This document shows, one piece after another, positions 33,952-47,795 of a DNA stretch of 64,000 nucleotides. The notes under the pieces were generated by a model. It ran no database searches, was not told the DNA's origin, and worked only from the letters and a program-made list of their open reading frames with translations. Position 1 is the first letter of the stretch; every line of letters starts with the position of its first letter. The position numbers were made by a program, and so were the translations under genes. This DNA comes from Amoebidium appalachense (lineage: Eukaryota > Protista > Ichthyosporea): NCBI GenBank assembly GCA_963693365.1, contig CAVNZM010000005.1:8908334-8972333 (forward strand), written 5' to 3'.

Positions 33952-34575
33952 GGTGACAAACGGCACGACACGGTTCTCTTCGAAGGCTTTCTCGAAGACG
34001 TGACACTGTGTCGGTGACTCAACGTGTGACAGAATTAGCTCAGCAGACGCCCATCAAAACGACACTGTTTTTTTTGTTTTTTTTTCAGTTTCACTGTTCT
34101 TTAGGGCCGTATGTACTGCATGCTGCCTATTATTATAATTAGCACTTTCCTGATCCAGAAGTGAACAACAACATTTCGAATCGGGCGGCGACGCTGCCAG
34201 AGTCACTGCATACATTGGCAGTGACGATGCACGCAGCACGTGTCACCCCGCTAGCTCGGATTGACCCACCATATCACCACGTGCCACGAGGGCTCTGGAC
34301 ACTCCCATCGAAGTGGCACGTGCACCACATGTCCTGACGGCGGGCGACCGCGAGCCTATAGACAAATGGCTCTGACTGCCTGAGATTTGGGTGCCTGGGA
34401 AAAGCTTCTTTTTCCTATCTCGGGGCGGCGTCCACTGACTCATAACCTCCTTGACTTTCTCATCACCCGTCTCAAGCTTCGAAGTTTTCAAATTCCTTCT
34501 CTTACCCCCCCCCCCCCCCCCCCCCCCCCAAACACACACACACACACACCGGCACACACACACACACACACGCAT

Positions 34576-34612
<37 letters not shown>

Positions 34613-35705
34613 GTGTCACACACACACACACACACACACACGCACGCACACACGCACACACGCACACACGCACACACGCACACACACACGCTGTCGCACC
34701 CCCACCCCCACCTCACCCCTACACCCCCCAGCTGGGCACCACTGAGCACCACCACGGTGACGAACCAAACAACCGACGAAAGCTATAATGTATGTTCGCG
34801 TATGCAGTCCGGATTTATCCTAGCCAATGCAGTAGTGATATATCCGGCCATTTCTTGGCAACCCGAGATAGTGTACATATTATGTCATAACTTCCAACGA
34901 CCTCGAGTTTTTTGAAGACCTTTTTCTTTTTCTTTTTCTTTCTTTCTTTTTTTTTCTTTTTCGAGACCACTAACTAGGCTACCGCCGCATCACTAATACA
35001 TTCGAATGATTCCCAGGCCACACAATTGCAACAACGTGTTCTTGCCGAGGGTCAGAACACTGAGAAGCTGATTGTTATCATCATGATGGACATTTATTCA
35101 TTGCCATAAAATGTGTACACGATTTTGCCATTACCAGGGGACTCCCCAATTCGAAAAACACATTATACTTCTTTCTACAATGGGCACCTTATGCGACACG
35201 GGCCAACCAATCATCAAGACTTTCAACGGGAAACCCAAATCGGCACTTCAAGACATCAGCATGAAAACACTTAGCATGAAAATTCTTTCAACTTGAACCA
35301 GCAAAAACTCGCGTTTATCATCAATCTCAAAATGCAATACACCGCACAAGGGTGCAGGTATGCAAACTAGCAACTACCGACTAAACCCACGTGACTTCAA
35401 CACACTCTGCAACAGACACCGTGTGACCAAAAAAAAACAAAAAACGTTTGTGCTCCATCTAGCACACAAATAGCTAAGCAATCGAATCGCTTGTCTTCAC
35501 AAAAACCAACTTCAACAACATCATGAACAACAATCACGAACACAACTTTCTCCATCATCATCCTCGCTTTTAAATTTTAAAGCACTATGATACAAACTTT
35601 AACTTCTTAAACCCCAATCAACAACAGCATCAAGGCACAACTCCAATAAAACTTTTAAAAATTATCATTCTTGTTTCTTGTCTCAAAACCTCAGAACACC
35701 AACAA

Positions 35706-36896
35706 CTAGCAATCTTCACTCGTACTACGAAACTCCAACATATCCTCCCCTTTCAAATCGATGTAAGATTCATCATGCGAAGACTTTTCCGATTTCTTGC
35801 GAACCTTCAGGACTTTGTCCGCCATCCCCCCCACCATAACGCCATCCGCCTCGATCGCCTCAATGTAAATTTGCGACGGATCGGTGATGTAATTATCGCA
35901 CTGCGACACAAACACCTGCGGGAATCCGCTCGCAACGCTCCGCCCACTCTCATTGGTCGCCTGCCGCTGCAGCTCCGCATGTGATTGGTCCTGAGAATTC
36001 CCCGGGAATGCGGTTTTCACGCCCTCACACACCTGACCAAACAGTCGCACCACTTCGTCAATAATATCTGAAAATACGGGGCGGTCGTTTGGCTCCAGTG
36101 CCCAACACTTTAGAAGTAGGTCGTAAACGAGAGGTGGGCACGTGGCTGGGCGTTCGGGCCGGCAGCCTGTAAAAAAAGGAACAAAGTGAGAAAATAGTTC
36201 TCAAGAAATGCAGCCAGTCAATGTGCACACAGTGGCATTTGTAATGTTCAGTATGCCCTTTGACTCGCAGTGTTTCAATACTGTATCTCGGAGCACAGAA
36301 CTCTCTCATTACAGTGCCACCCCCCCCCCCCCCCCCCCTCCCCCCCCTCCCTCTCCTCCCCGGTCCCCTTTCACTCCCTGCCCCAAACCCGAATACACAG
36401 CCTCACATTTTCCTTGGCAGTGCCTCTGCGCACCCCCCTCCCCCCCCCCCCCCCCCCCCTCCCCCAAAGCACACACACACACACACACAGCACAACACAC
36501 AACCCCGATCCCATGGCTACCTGCTTTGACGGCGGCGTGGACGTTGCGGGTGGGGATGTCCTGGAAGGGGGGTGATCCGTCGGCAAACAGCTCCCAGGCC
36601 GTGACGGCCCAGGCCCACACGTCACTGCGCTCGCTGTACACGTGCCCGTCCACACACTCGGGCGCCGTCCAGCGGATGGGAATGCGCGGCGCACTGCTCT
36701 CCCGGTAAACCCCCCCGGGCCCCCCCTCCACCCGCCGCGCCATCCCAAAGTCGCTCACCTGCACAAAACAAAATCGGGGTGAGTGAACTACGATATTTTG
36801 TTCTTCAGATAGGCAGAGTGTTTACTGACCATTATGACATAGGGATCGGCTGCATTTGATAATCATAACCTGGATATATCCCCCCCCCCTCCCCCC

Positions 36897-36927
<31 letters not shown>

Positions 36928-37075
36928 AAAAAAAGAAAGCTGCACAGACAACACCCAAGACGTAACCGATGTCTTTGCAGGTTCACTGGAAAGGTAAAAG
37001 AGGGCAGGGGGCCGGGCAGGGGGCCGGGTGGGTGGGTTGGTGGGTGGTGGTGGTGGTGGTGGTGGTGGTGGTGGT

Positions 37076-37116
<41 letters not shown>

Positions 37117-37771
37117 TGAATGCGTCATAAAGTACGAAGTACCCAAGAACAACGGATAACACGATGCAGAGTGCAAACTATACATTGGGGGGGAGGGGGA
37201 GGGGGGGGGGGGGGGGGGGGGGGGAGGGTTTCACAGAGAGTTCGCAAACGGGAAGGAGGAGAAAACAAAAAGAGTGCATGGATTTGGTGGTGGTTGGGGA
37301 GAGGGGGGGGGGGGGGTTTGAATGCGTCAAAAAGTGCGAAGTACACAAGAACAAACGGATAACACGATGCAGAATGCAAGCCATACATAAAGAGTATGCA
37401 TAATAAGCAGAGCCCATCCTCAGGGGGGGGCCACGTCATCCACAGTACCCGAGTTTCGACCTATTCCCCTCGTTAACGAAACCCAACTCAGATACTGTTT
37501 CAATTGAACATGAGTAGGTCACCCGTCTTGATCAGAGACGAGCAGGGTTGCTTATGCAGGCAAGGGCAGTGGGAAAGGCCGGGGGTTAAAGTTGCAGCAG
37601 TAAGCAGAAGCAAGAAAAATATAGATAGGAACTCAGGAGACGGGGCTTCTAGGAAGCTCCCCCGGGGGAAGCAGCGTGTAACGGCTTGAGAGTACGAAGT
37701 ACACATCCGTAACGGACAAAGCAACGCTGAGTGCAAACCACACTGAGTATGCCTATCAAGCAGAGGGGGAG

Positions 37772-37803
<32 letters not shown>

Positions 37804-38111
37804 AGAGGGGGTTGGAAGGCAAAAATACATGCAAAAGTAAAGCTCTGCATAAATAACGAAAAAAAAGGGAATGAAAGCAAACGGACGCCAACACGAAAAT
37901 CTCCCAGCTGTGCATGTGTGTGTGTGGTGTGAGTGTGTGCAGTTGTTGTGGTGGTCACGAGTGGTGGTGAAGATGGTGACGGTGGCTTTTTGGTGGTGGC
38001 GGTGTGTGCGGTGTGTGCGGTGTGTGTGTGTGTGTGTGTGCATGTGTGTGTGTGTGCGTGTGTGCCGCGCGCACATTTGTGTGTGACTGTTTGTGTGTGT
38101 GTGTGTGTGTA

Positions 38112-38182
<71 letters not shown>

Positions 38183-38187
38183 GGGAG

Positions 38188-38219
<32 letters not shown>

Positions 38220-38645
38220 GGAAGGAAGGAAGGCAAAAATACACCTTCACTGTATGCATCCCGAACTCCTGCTCGATAGAAGGAGAATCTGCACCCTTCT
38301 TCCCCGCTCCATCCTGTGTTACCAAACGTGACCACGTCAGTGCTCGTGTTTTTGTGCGGGAATGGAATGGTTAGAACAACGACATGCTTGGATACGAATA
38401 AAAATACATTGGTTTTATCAAGATGGCCGGAAAAGCCTGCCAAATGTGTTGTTCGTTTGAATGACTATTACTATACATCATCAAGTTATGCATGCAACCA
38501 TTTGATTTCCAGTTCAAATCGTGATATGCTGACATGGTTCCCGATAAATATCAACACGATCTGACGAAATGTATGTGTGAGTGTGAGTGTGAGTGCACGT
38601 GCCAGTGTCAGTGTGAGTGAGCTGCGTGTGTGTGTGTGTGTGTGT

Positions 38646-38685
<40 letters not shown>

Positions 38686-39347
38686 GGGGGGGGGGAAGGC
38701 TGAAACTCTGCGCACAACAAGGAGCTCCAACACACACAAAGAACACAAAAAACACTTCAGCAACAGAAGAGTCACATCCTAACGAGAGAGAGAGCGGGGG
38801 GGAAGGGGGGGGGGGGGAGCGGAGAGAGGGGGGGGGGGGGGAGGGAGGGGGGGGGAGCGGAGAGAGAGGGGGGGGGAGAGGGGGGGGGGGGGGGGAGAGG
38901 GAGAGAGGGGGGGGAGAGGGCGGGGGGATGGGGGGAGGAGAAGGGGGGGGAGGGGGAGAGAGAGAGAGAGAGAGAGAGAGGGCGAGAGCGAGAGAGAGAG
39001 AAGCAGAGGGATTCTAAGTGCATATGCAATTGGCCACACACCGGTATAGCAGCCAGTGATGCGCTGGTGATCATGCAGTTCCTTGCGGCCAGGTCGCGGT
39101 GCACAATGCCCTGGCGGGCCACGGCCTGCATGCCCTGGGCAATCTGCAGCCCATACCACAGCCGCTGCGCCAGCCCAAGCACCTGCCCCCTGCGCGCTGC
39201 CGCAGCCACAAAGTGCTGCAGGTCCCCCAGCTCCATAAACTCTACCAGCATGTGCAAGGTGCCCTGCGCGTAGCTTAGGCCCTCACATCTGTATGTGTGT
39301 GTGTGCATGTGTGTTTTTTTTTTTTTTTGAGGGGGGGTTGTGTGTGC

Positions 39348-39418
<71 letters not shown>

Positions 39419-39486
39419 TCCGTGTGCGTATGTGTGTTTGCAGCCGTGCTCTTGTACTGAACGGGTGCCCGCCTTTCCGTATGTGA

Positions 39487-39520
<34 letters not shown>

Positions 39521-40517
39521 ATTTGCATTCACTGATGTACATGATTCTGTGTGTGCATGTGTGGTGTGTGAACATGTGCATTTAGGCAGGTGCATTTGTG
39601 TACACGACCGAGTGAAGTGGGTAGGATGGAAATTGTCTGTAAGTGTTAGACACACGCGGGGTGGAAAGAGAGAGAGCGAACAGCTCCGATGCTACCCTAG
39701 ATAAGTGTTCTAAAAGCTGATTGGTTGGCTTGGTATCCACCGGGCAGCATCAACATTTTGATCAAGATATTGATGCTAAAAATAAGGCAAAGCTACGAAT
39801 CAAAATACGACATAGCTTCAGTGCCGGAAAAACGACATAGCTGCGAAGTGAAATACGACAAAACCTCAACTTTGCGTGGATTACGACATAGCTGCACAGC
39901 CGGCAATACTTCAGCTGAATACGACATTCTGCAAGACCCGCTCATGTACCAGCAACCCACACAGTTAACACATACAACAGAGGCACAACCCAGTAACAAA
40001 CGCCAAGACACACATGCACGTAAGGCACAGGCACAGCCACAGAGACAGGGCCTGAGGGCTGTCTGACAGGCACAGACATAAACACACACACACACACAAA
40101 GACTCGCGTGTGCGCGCACACACATACTCGCGCACGCACACACACACATACACACTCACACACGCGCGTCGCACACACACGCGCACACACACCGGCAGCA
40201 AGCAGCAAGTGGCAAGACACGCCCCTGAACACCATTCCTACATTCAAAGCAACACACCTGAGTACATTCCAGTGACTGACGGCCATCATCAACCGGGCCT
40301 CTCTTAGCAGTTCACTCTCTGCCTCGGAGTTGAGAAGACCCTCCTTGACCTAGGGCCCGACCCCACTCATTTTAGCACACCACAAGCACCTGCACGCACA
40401 CACGGCACATGCACACCAAAAATACACTCACAGCCACACATTTCCATGAATCAGTGGGCCATGCACGTAGAGCTGTGTAAATCAGATTACCAAAACACGG
40501 ATACACTGAGGAACATA

Positions 40518-40564
<47 letters not shown>

Positions 40565-40628
40565 ACGAACGCACGCACACACGCACGCACGCACACACGC
40601 ACGCACGGGCGGGCGGGCAGGCCAGCGG

Positions 40629-40685
<57 letters not shown>

Positions 40686-40932
40686 CGGACGGAAAGATGC
40701 ACACCACTACGAACTCGCACTGGACATCCGCACATCCATAAACACGTGCAGATATCTAAGTAATACACAACATGCTGCCGATTGCACAAATCCATCAATA
40801 CAAACTTGCACCCACCACGCACGACACACTCAACCATTCGACACCCCCCCACCCACACTCAACCACACCCTAATACCCTCGCGCCCCCCCCCCCCCTCCC
40901 CCCTCCCCCCCTCCCCCCCTCCCCCCCCCCCC

Positions 40933-40971
<39 letters not shown>

Positions 40972-41970
40972 AAAAAAGGGGAAAACAAAGAAAGAAAAAC
41001 AGAAACGATCACGTACACACACATGCATGTGCGGGCACACAAAAAAGGGCGCATAAACATAACAATACATCCCCTCCATGGCAAACTATTGTCACAGACT
41101 TTGCCATGAGCCACTTTACGTACCATTGGGGAAGGGGGGCAAACAAATAATTGACTGCTAATCTCATTGGTCATTTTTAAGCCGTTTGATTGGAGCGCCT
41201 TCAATATGGAAGTCAGATTTCGAATTGGTCAATGCGAATCGATTTGCCGGGCTCTCATATGATTGGATGCAGTGAGAGCGGTCCAATCAAACGTGTTTGC
41301 CGAGCTCTCCGACGCAAATTTTTAATTGAAGCGCCTTCAATTAGGCAATCCGGATTACTAAATTGATTGGTTGTCGGCAAACCTGTAAGGACCACGTGAG
41401 CCTGGAAAGTCTGTGACAATAGCCTGGGATGTCCCCCCCTCCCCTCCCACACTCACACCGTGCCACACACACATTACATGTCCAACCTTCCTCCCCCACC
41501 CCCCCCCGCCCTTCCCCGCTTAACCACCACCACCAACACACACCACACGCCATCCTCCTAACCCCACCACCACCCCACGTACCACTTTTATCGCCACGGG
41601 AATTGTCCTCTTGTTCTTTCTCAGGAGTCCTTTCATCACCACCCCATAGTGTCCCTCCCCCAATGGCGTTTGCACGACAAAATCCGATCCGACGATCGTG
41701 CCCCCAACCACCTTTGGATATCCGTACATGAGGGATAGCGTGGAGACGGAGGGATCGGTCATGCGCAGGCAAAACTCCATCCAGAGCCACGCTTTGGTGG
41801 GCGTCACCTGTACGTGTGTGTGTGTGTGTTGTGTGTGTGTGTGTGTGCGCACACGCGCGTGTGTGTTTGTATGTGTGTGTCTGTGGGTTGGTGAGCTGTG
41901 CGTGTAGGTTGTGTGTGAGTGTGATTTAGTGAGTTGTGTGTGTTTGTGTTTGTGTTTGTGTGTGTGTGTT

Positions 41971-42043
<73 letters not shown>

Positions 42044-42338
42044 ATGTGTGTGTGTGCATGTGTGCATGTTGTATGTGTGTGGGGTGTGTGTGGGCAGGTG
42101 GATTAGTGGGTTATGTATGTATGTTGTGTGTGCATGTGGGTCGGTGGTGTGTGTGTGTGGGTGTGTGTGTACAAACATACATCGCACAGGCCTGCACACC
42201 GTAGACTCTTACAAGAACGTATATATGACACACCGCATGGCTGTCTCCAGCATTGCCCTCTGCCCCCCCCCCCCCCCCCCCCCCCCTCCCCCCCCCACAC
42301 ACACACGCACACGCACACGCACATGCGCGCTGCGCGCG

Positions 42339-42409
<71 letters not shown>

Positions 42410-44574
42410 ATCACACAACCTTCTCTGCACAAACATGTTTTTCTACACACGCCTACGCCTCGACGGATGCATGAATGCACGTGCACACACACCTGGGCAC
42501 CCACAGCGTACATCTGTGATACATGATCATGCTGCATATCGCGCACAACACAACACATAAACACAAAACACACAAAACGCACAGGCACATGCGCGCACGC
42601 GCACACACACGCACACACACACACACACAACACCCATCCACTCACCCACCCACCCGGGCACCCACCCCCACCCCCACACCCTTCCTGCCCCTTACACATA
42701 CACACACACACGCACACACACGCACACAGACACTCTCACCCATCCCGGAACCCCCGTCCCCCGCCCCCCGCCCCCCGCCCCTCCCTTCCCACCCCACACA
42801 CACCCATTCCCCCAGGCCATCCCCCCCCCCCCCCCCCTCCCCCCCTTCTTTCCCCCCCCCCCCCCCCACCCAGCCCACCCACCCACCCACCGACCCACCC
42901 ACCCACCCACCCACCCACCCCACCTCCCCCCTACCCACCCAACCCACGCACCCACCGACCCACGCACCCACCCACATACACACATACCGTCAAGTAGGGG
43001 CCATATGTCCATCGGACGAGCAAATGCACCCCGTACACCCCAATATACGTCATACTCGCCAACCCACATGCGGTCGAGAGACGCACAAGACTGCGCACCC
43101 AGGGGGCCTCCGCCGTACGCAAAACCCTATTGGCTCCCTTCATCCGATCCACGACGTTGGCTTGCGATCTTGGCCGCGGACGAATCAGAAACAGCCACCA
43201 CAGGAACCAGTTTCCGTTCCTCGCGTTTGGTTGGTTCCTTATCATGTATGACGATCCCAGGCATTGGTCGCTCGGGGGGCCAGGCAGGGGAATTAGGTTC
43301 GGCTGGGCTTTTTTTGGAACTGTTTCGGATGATGAGCCGTGGTGACTGCTACTGCCGGCAAAATCATCCGAAAGCGCGTACATGGGGGCATAATACATAC
43401 TCTGTGTGGGTGTATGCATGTGTGAGGAAAAAAAGGGGGCATACAATCTGCCGTGCATGTGTGTGCATAATGTATATCAACATTATTTTGTTTTCAAAAA
43501 ACATATACGTGATTGTAAAAGTACCAATAATAGTACAAATGGTATTGATTCGTTTATTGACATGGCTAGACGGGGGGCTGTGTGCATAATACTGGGACAT
43601 CTCTATACCACCACTTGGGGAAGCTTATAAATCGGTTCCATAGTCGTCTTTCACAGTTATCTTTCTTGGGCCCACACATACTGTCTAACTTCAGAACTCG
43701 GGGCGGGGAGAGGAGAGGGGAGAGTGCAGGCGCCTTGATTAGAGAAGATTATTTGTATGGATAGAAATTTAGGAGACGGGGCTTCTGTCCCCCCGGGGGG
43801 AAGGGTGGGTGGGCGGTGGTGGTGGTGGTGGGTGGGTGGGTGGGGAGGGAGGGGGAGGGCGAGGGGGGGGGGGGGGGGGGGGGGGGGAGGGGGGGGGGGG
43901 GAGGCTTCTTACCGGATTTCCGTCGGCAGCAAGAATACTGCATGCCGTATAGACGATTGTACTGCACCCAGCTACCATCAGAGCTGTCTGGCTCATAACC
44001 CCCCCGTGATATAACAAATAATAAGGCCGCGAGACGTACCAATGTTCCACAATGAACCCCAATATAACAACAAGAAGATTCCACAGCCACACGATGACAA
44101 TGTTGACGTATGTGAAGATCCGGATGCCCCGGTATTTTACGACCATCCAGTGACTCTTTGGGCAGATTTCTGAAAGGATGGTGATCCCCTCCAAGATCAT
44201 CACCCAGCCGGCGGTTGAGGAGACACTTGCTTTGGCGGCTGCAGCGGTAAACACACACACGCAGGGGGAGGGAGAAATAGGAAAGCATGTGCAGGTGTTG
44301 TGGACAACGTGTGTGTGTGTGTTTGTGCTTGAAGGTGTGAATGGGTGTGGAGATGCGTGAGTATGTTGAATGCCCGGGAGTGCGGGGCGGGACATGCGCC
44401 GGGGAGGGAGGGGGGGGGGGGGGGGGGGGGAATGTTGGGGAAAGGGAGGGTAATATGTTAGTGGAGGCAGAATAGAGGTAGATGCAACAGTTGGTTTGCA
44501 AGGTGCGTGTGAGCTGCAAAAATGTGCTGCGTGTGTGCGGCATCTGAGGTGTGAGTGCTTGTGCGAATGTAAGC

Positions 44575-44629
<55 letters not shown>

Positions 44630-45088
44630 CGTGCCGTCCGTGCGCGTATGCCAGGGTACAAATATCCTAGCAGTTCATACTTCTTCAAAAAAATATTACA
44701 ACACATCATTTGTGCGTATGCGCGCACACACAGATACGCACACACTCACACATACAAATGATAACGATCACCCACCTGCACAAATGCTATCAATGTTCCA
44801 GCCGGTATTGCGGTAGTTGAACAGGTCTATCATCATAGGCAGCGTCAGCGCCCCCGAAACGAAAAATAGCGTATTGAACACCTTTCTTACACTGTATTCC
44901 ATCCAACCTTCGTACAGAATCATCCTCCGTGTGTTGACAATATGCGCCAACACCGCTGGAACGCAAAGCGGTATGCGCAAAATCACCGCGATGGTGTATG
45001 CCGTTCCCAGTTGCTCGGCCCACGTGCTTTCGCACGATGGGGCCCCGGCGGAAAACGCAATGCATGACTGACCCTGTGTGTAGTCCAT
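35706..45088 (-). CDS. Seven-transmembrane domain-tyrosine kinase fusion protein, paralog 1 (~794 aa, 9 exons)
   Basis: Exons 45088-44776, 44238-43913, 43401-42988, 41807-41583, 40349-40258, 39288-39042, 38313-38245, 36758-36521 and 36166-35706 are all GT-AG and phase compatible. About seven hydrophobic segments precede the kinase motifs [42 protein letters not shown] and CW...[11 protein letters not shown] and PIRW are tyrosine kinase signatures. Confidence 0.9.
37314..37574 (-). repeat. Intronic dispersed repeat R2 (copies 55012-55272 and diverged 58545-58680; partial 37112-37185)
   Basis: The reverse complement is nearly identical to 55012-55272. Confidence 0.85.
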
Positions 45089-45499
45089 TGCAATGAACAA
45101 TGCTTCACGCGAACATGATCACTTTAAAAAGAAGAAGGCCGAACAAAAACCGACGAGCCGCAAACAGGAGAGTATGAATGTACCGAGACGCCGTTGTCGG
45201 ATGCGGTTGATGCTGGTTTGGCTAGAAAGTAAGTCCAGAGAGTGTGGGTACCACCCTCTGTAGATCTATGAAGATCCACTAAACCGGAAAAAGAAAGAAT
45301 GAGTGAGAGAGATCCGCACGATCCCAGCACCGGTGGTGTTTGACACATGAAACGTCGGTCAGCGACCGCCCATTTTTTATAATAGACGGTGCTTCTTTAT
45401 GATTGAACAAGAAGATAACTTGGGTGACTTGACTAGTTGGAAATGTGTAACGACAGCAGGGATTGAAGGGAATAGCTATGTCTTAGCAGTTGTCTGCTA

Positions 45500-46050
45500 A
45501 ACCCTCACAGTTCGTCACAAGGAAGCAGCCCGAAACACCAACTTGAACCAGGGCTGCAAGCTACAGAAGCAAACGTTAAGCATATGCCCAGTTTAGTGTT
45601 TCTTGAGTAGAGCTTCGACCTATATCTTGTTGTTGAGGGATAACTCAGAAACCCCTCTTTTAGAACACGCTTGTGCCCTCTACAGGTGGCCAGAGTGGTG
45701 ACAGTCCATAAGAGTGGGACTATTCTAATATAGTAGCTGTTAACTACGGAAGACTTTAGCAGCCTAACACCATACCATCTTGAACAGCGTGAAGTAATTG
45801 CTGGAAAGAGACGAGAATTACTTGCTGGAAAAAGCATGAACAAGAACGTGACTACACAAGCACCTAAAAAACGAACGTTGTCATGGTAATGAGGAAGTGC
45901 ACGCAAGGAGAAACGCTATCAAACAGAGATACATCCAAGAACCTGTCACGGATCATCGGCGCGTTTACAATCATGATAGTTGCTGATAGTTGCTGTGTGC
46001 GTGTCCCCCGTTGAAGCTTCGCGTCACTCGGACTCACTCCCGTGCCTGTG
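45500..46050 (-). mobile_element. Possible degraded non-LTR retrotransposon 3' remnant
   Basis: The peptide VRLLKSSVVNSYYIRIVPLLW resembles the NSFF.R...LWN motif at the end of CR1/L2-type ORF2. Single-motif evidence only. Confidence 0.3.
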
Positions 46051-47522
46051 AAGAAGGGAGCTGCCAAAATTGCCGCAGCTGACTGTGTTTTGGTGTAGTG
46101 ACAACTCAATCATTCATTACAACCTTTTCATGACTCAGTTTCACTGCATGAGCGATAAAAGTACTAGATAAAATTAGTAACGTGATCTCCATAACTCATG
46201 TAGTGTTATATATGTGTATAAGTGTGTACATGACATAAGTAGGTATAATACAATATACATTTGATGGTGGAGTAAAGCACTTACTATTTGCGTTCAGAAG
46301 CTCGATGTTACTACAGGAGATTCGGCAGATATTGAGGATGGTGCGTTGCGCATACCATCAGCGCAACAAAAGGCAAACCTCGCGTTGATTGGCGGAAAAA
46401 AGAGAACCTTGCGAGATTCATGGCAGGCCAACTTTTGTCAACACACCAAAACGGATGGGCTAAAATACTTTCCTGCTGCAGTAAATTGCACAAACAAGTT
46501 TCAAAAAGATTAATTTAGGTATGCTTTTTTCTTGTTTGCAGCGAGGTAGCATATGCATGTGCAATACTACGAGACGGTGGCACACACGGAAACACCGGAC
46601 TTGTGCTTGCTAATAAATTTTAAAAAACTGCCTGGTGCGGCGATGTCCAATAAAGAAGGGTTCTCGCACTCGGGGTTACTAGGGGGAAATCTTCACTCAA
46701 ATTCCTCCGAAATGCCGTGGTCAGGCCTCGAGTACCCCCTTGCTCAATGCTGGGGCAAATATAAGCGACGTAAGAATGACAGGCTACGGTGACCACGGTG
46801 ATGAGGTAACAAATCCTCGAAATATCTAAAATGTCTTTTCACATTTGATTTGATTTAATAGCTATGTTTGTGTGTGGGGATGTGTGGACTCGTTCAAGTA
46901 ATCTTATCGTAGTGGAATGATACGTACGGCATTATATTTCAACTTCAACGTGTAAATATACTTTATTGATGTACATACTCAAAAGAAAAGAGATATCTCA
47001 GATATACACAACTGCCGAGGCGCAGATGCATGGCCGGGGTGTTTGATTTTTTATTTTTATAATGAATTTATTGATAGTCTCGTTAAAATAGATGTAATGG
47101 AGATATCACAGATATCTCAGCAAAGAGGATACAAAAAACATTACTCTCCTGAATTTTTTTCTCTTGACTGGGATTTATTAATCAGTGCACGTCCAGTGGA
47201 TATGAAGGCAACGTGCAGCCACAGGCTACATGACCACCAAAATAACCGACTTCGAAAGAGCCACAGCGATGAAATAAAAAAAATAAAAATAATAAGTGAC
47301 CAAAGGACACCAGCGGGCAAAGGTACAAGTGCACGTGTATGCGTGAAACTAGTTTGCTCCAACTGGTCATATGCAGCGATGATGACCAGGCCACACTCCG
47401 CCGGCTGCATATCTATCAATAAATGCAACCTGTTAGCTAATGTATTAGAACCGGAGGTTATTGGCGGTTTTATTCTCTTTTCTTCCTCTCTTCCTCAATA
47501 TATCCGTTTTAAGATGACTATC

Positions 47523-47795
47523 CTAGATCACCTTATTAATGCTGCACAGTATGATATTGTGATCCGGTGCCTTAACTTTCTTTCGGAGCTACCGATGCTA
47601 GCCTCTGCTTACCCATAATATGTAATAGGGGTGTCAGATACTACGATGGCGCTCATTGTTGCCTAGCATGTACATATGTCACTGGCTGCATTTGATTGGC
47701 TGTGCTGGAAAACGCAGTAGGCCGTCGAATGTGGCTGGGCCCCCGGCAGTGTCCACGCAATAAGAAGTGTGTAAACCCCAAGAAGACATCATTGC
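47523..47795 (+). repeat. Dispersed repeat R1 (copy of 1931-2215 with its last ~60 bp in opposite orientation)
   Basis: CTAGATCACCTTAT...GAATGTGGCTGGGCC is nearly identical to 1931-2156; the following segment is the reverse complement of 2157-2215. Confidence 0.85.
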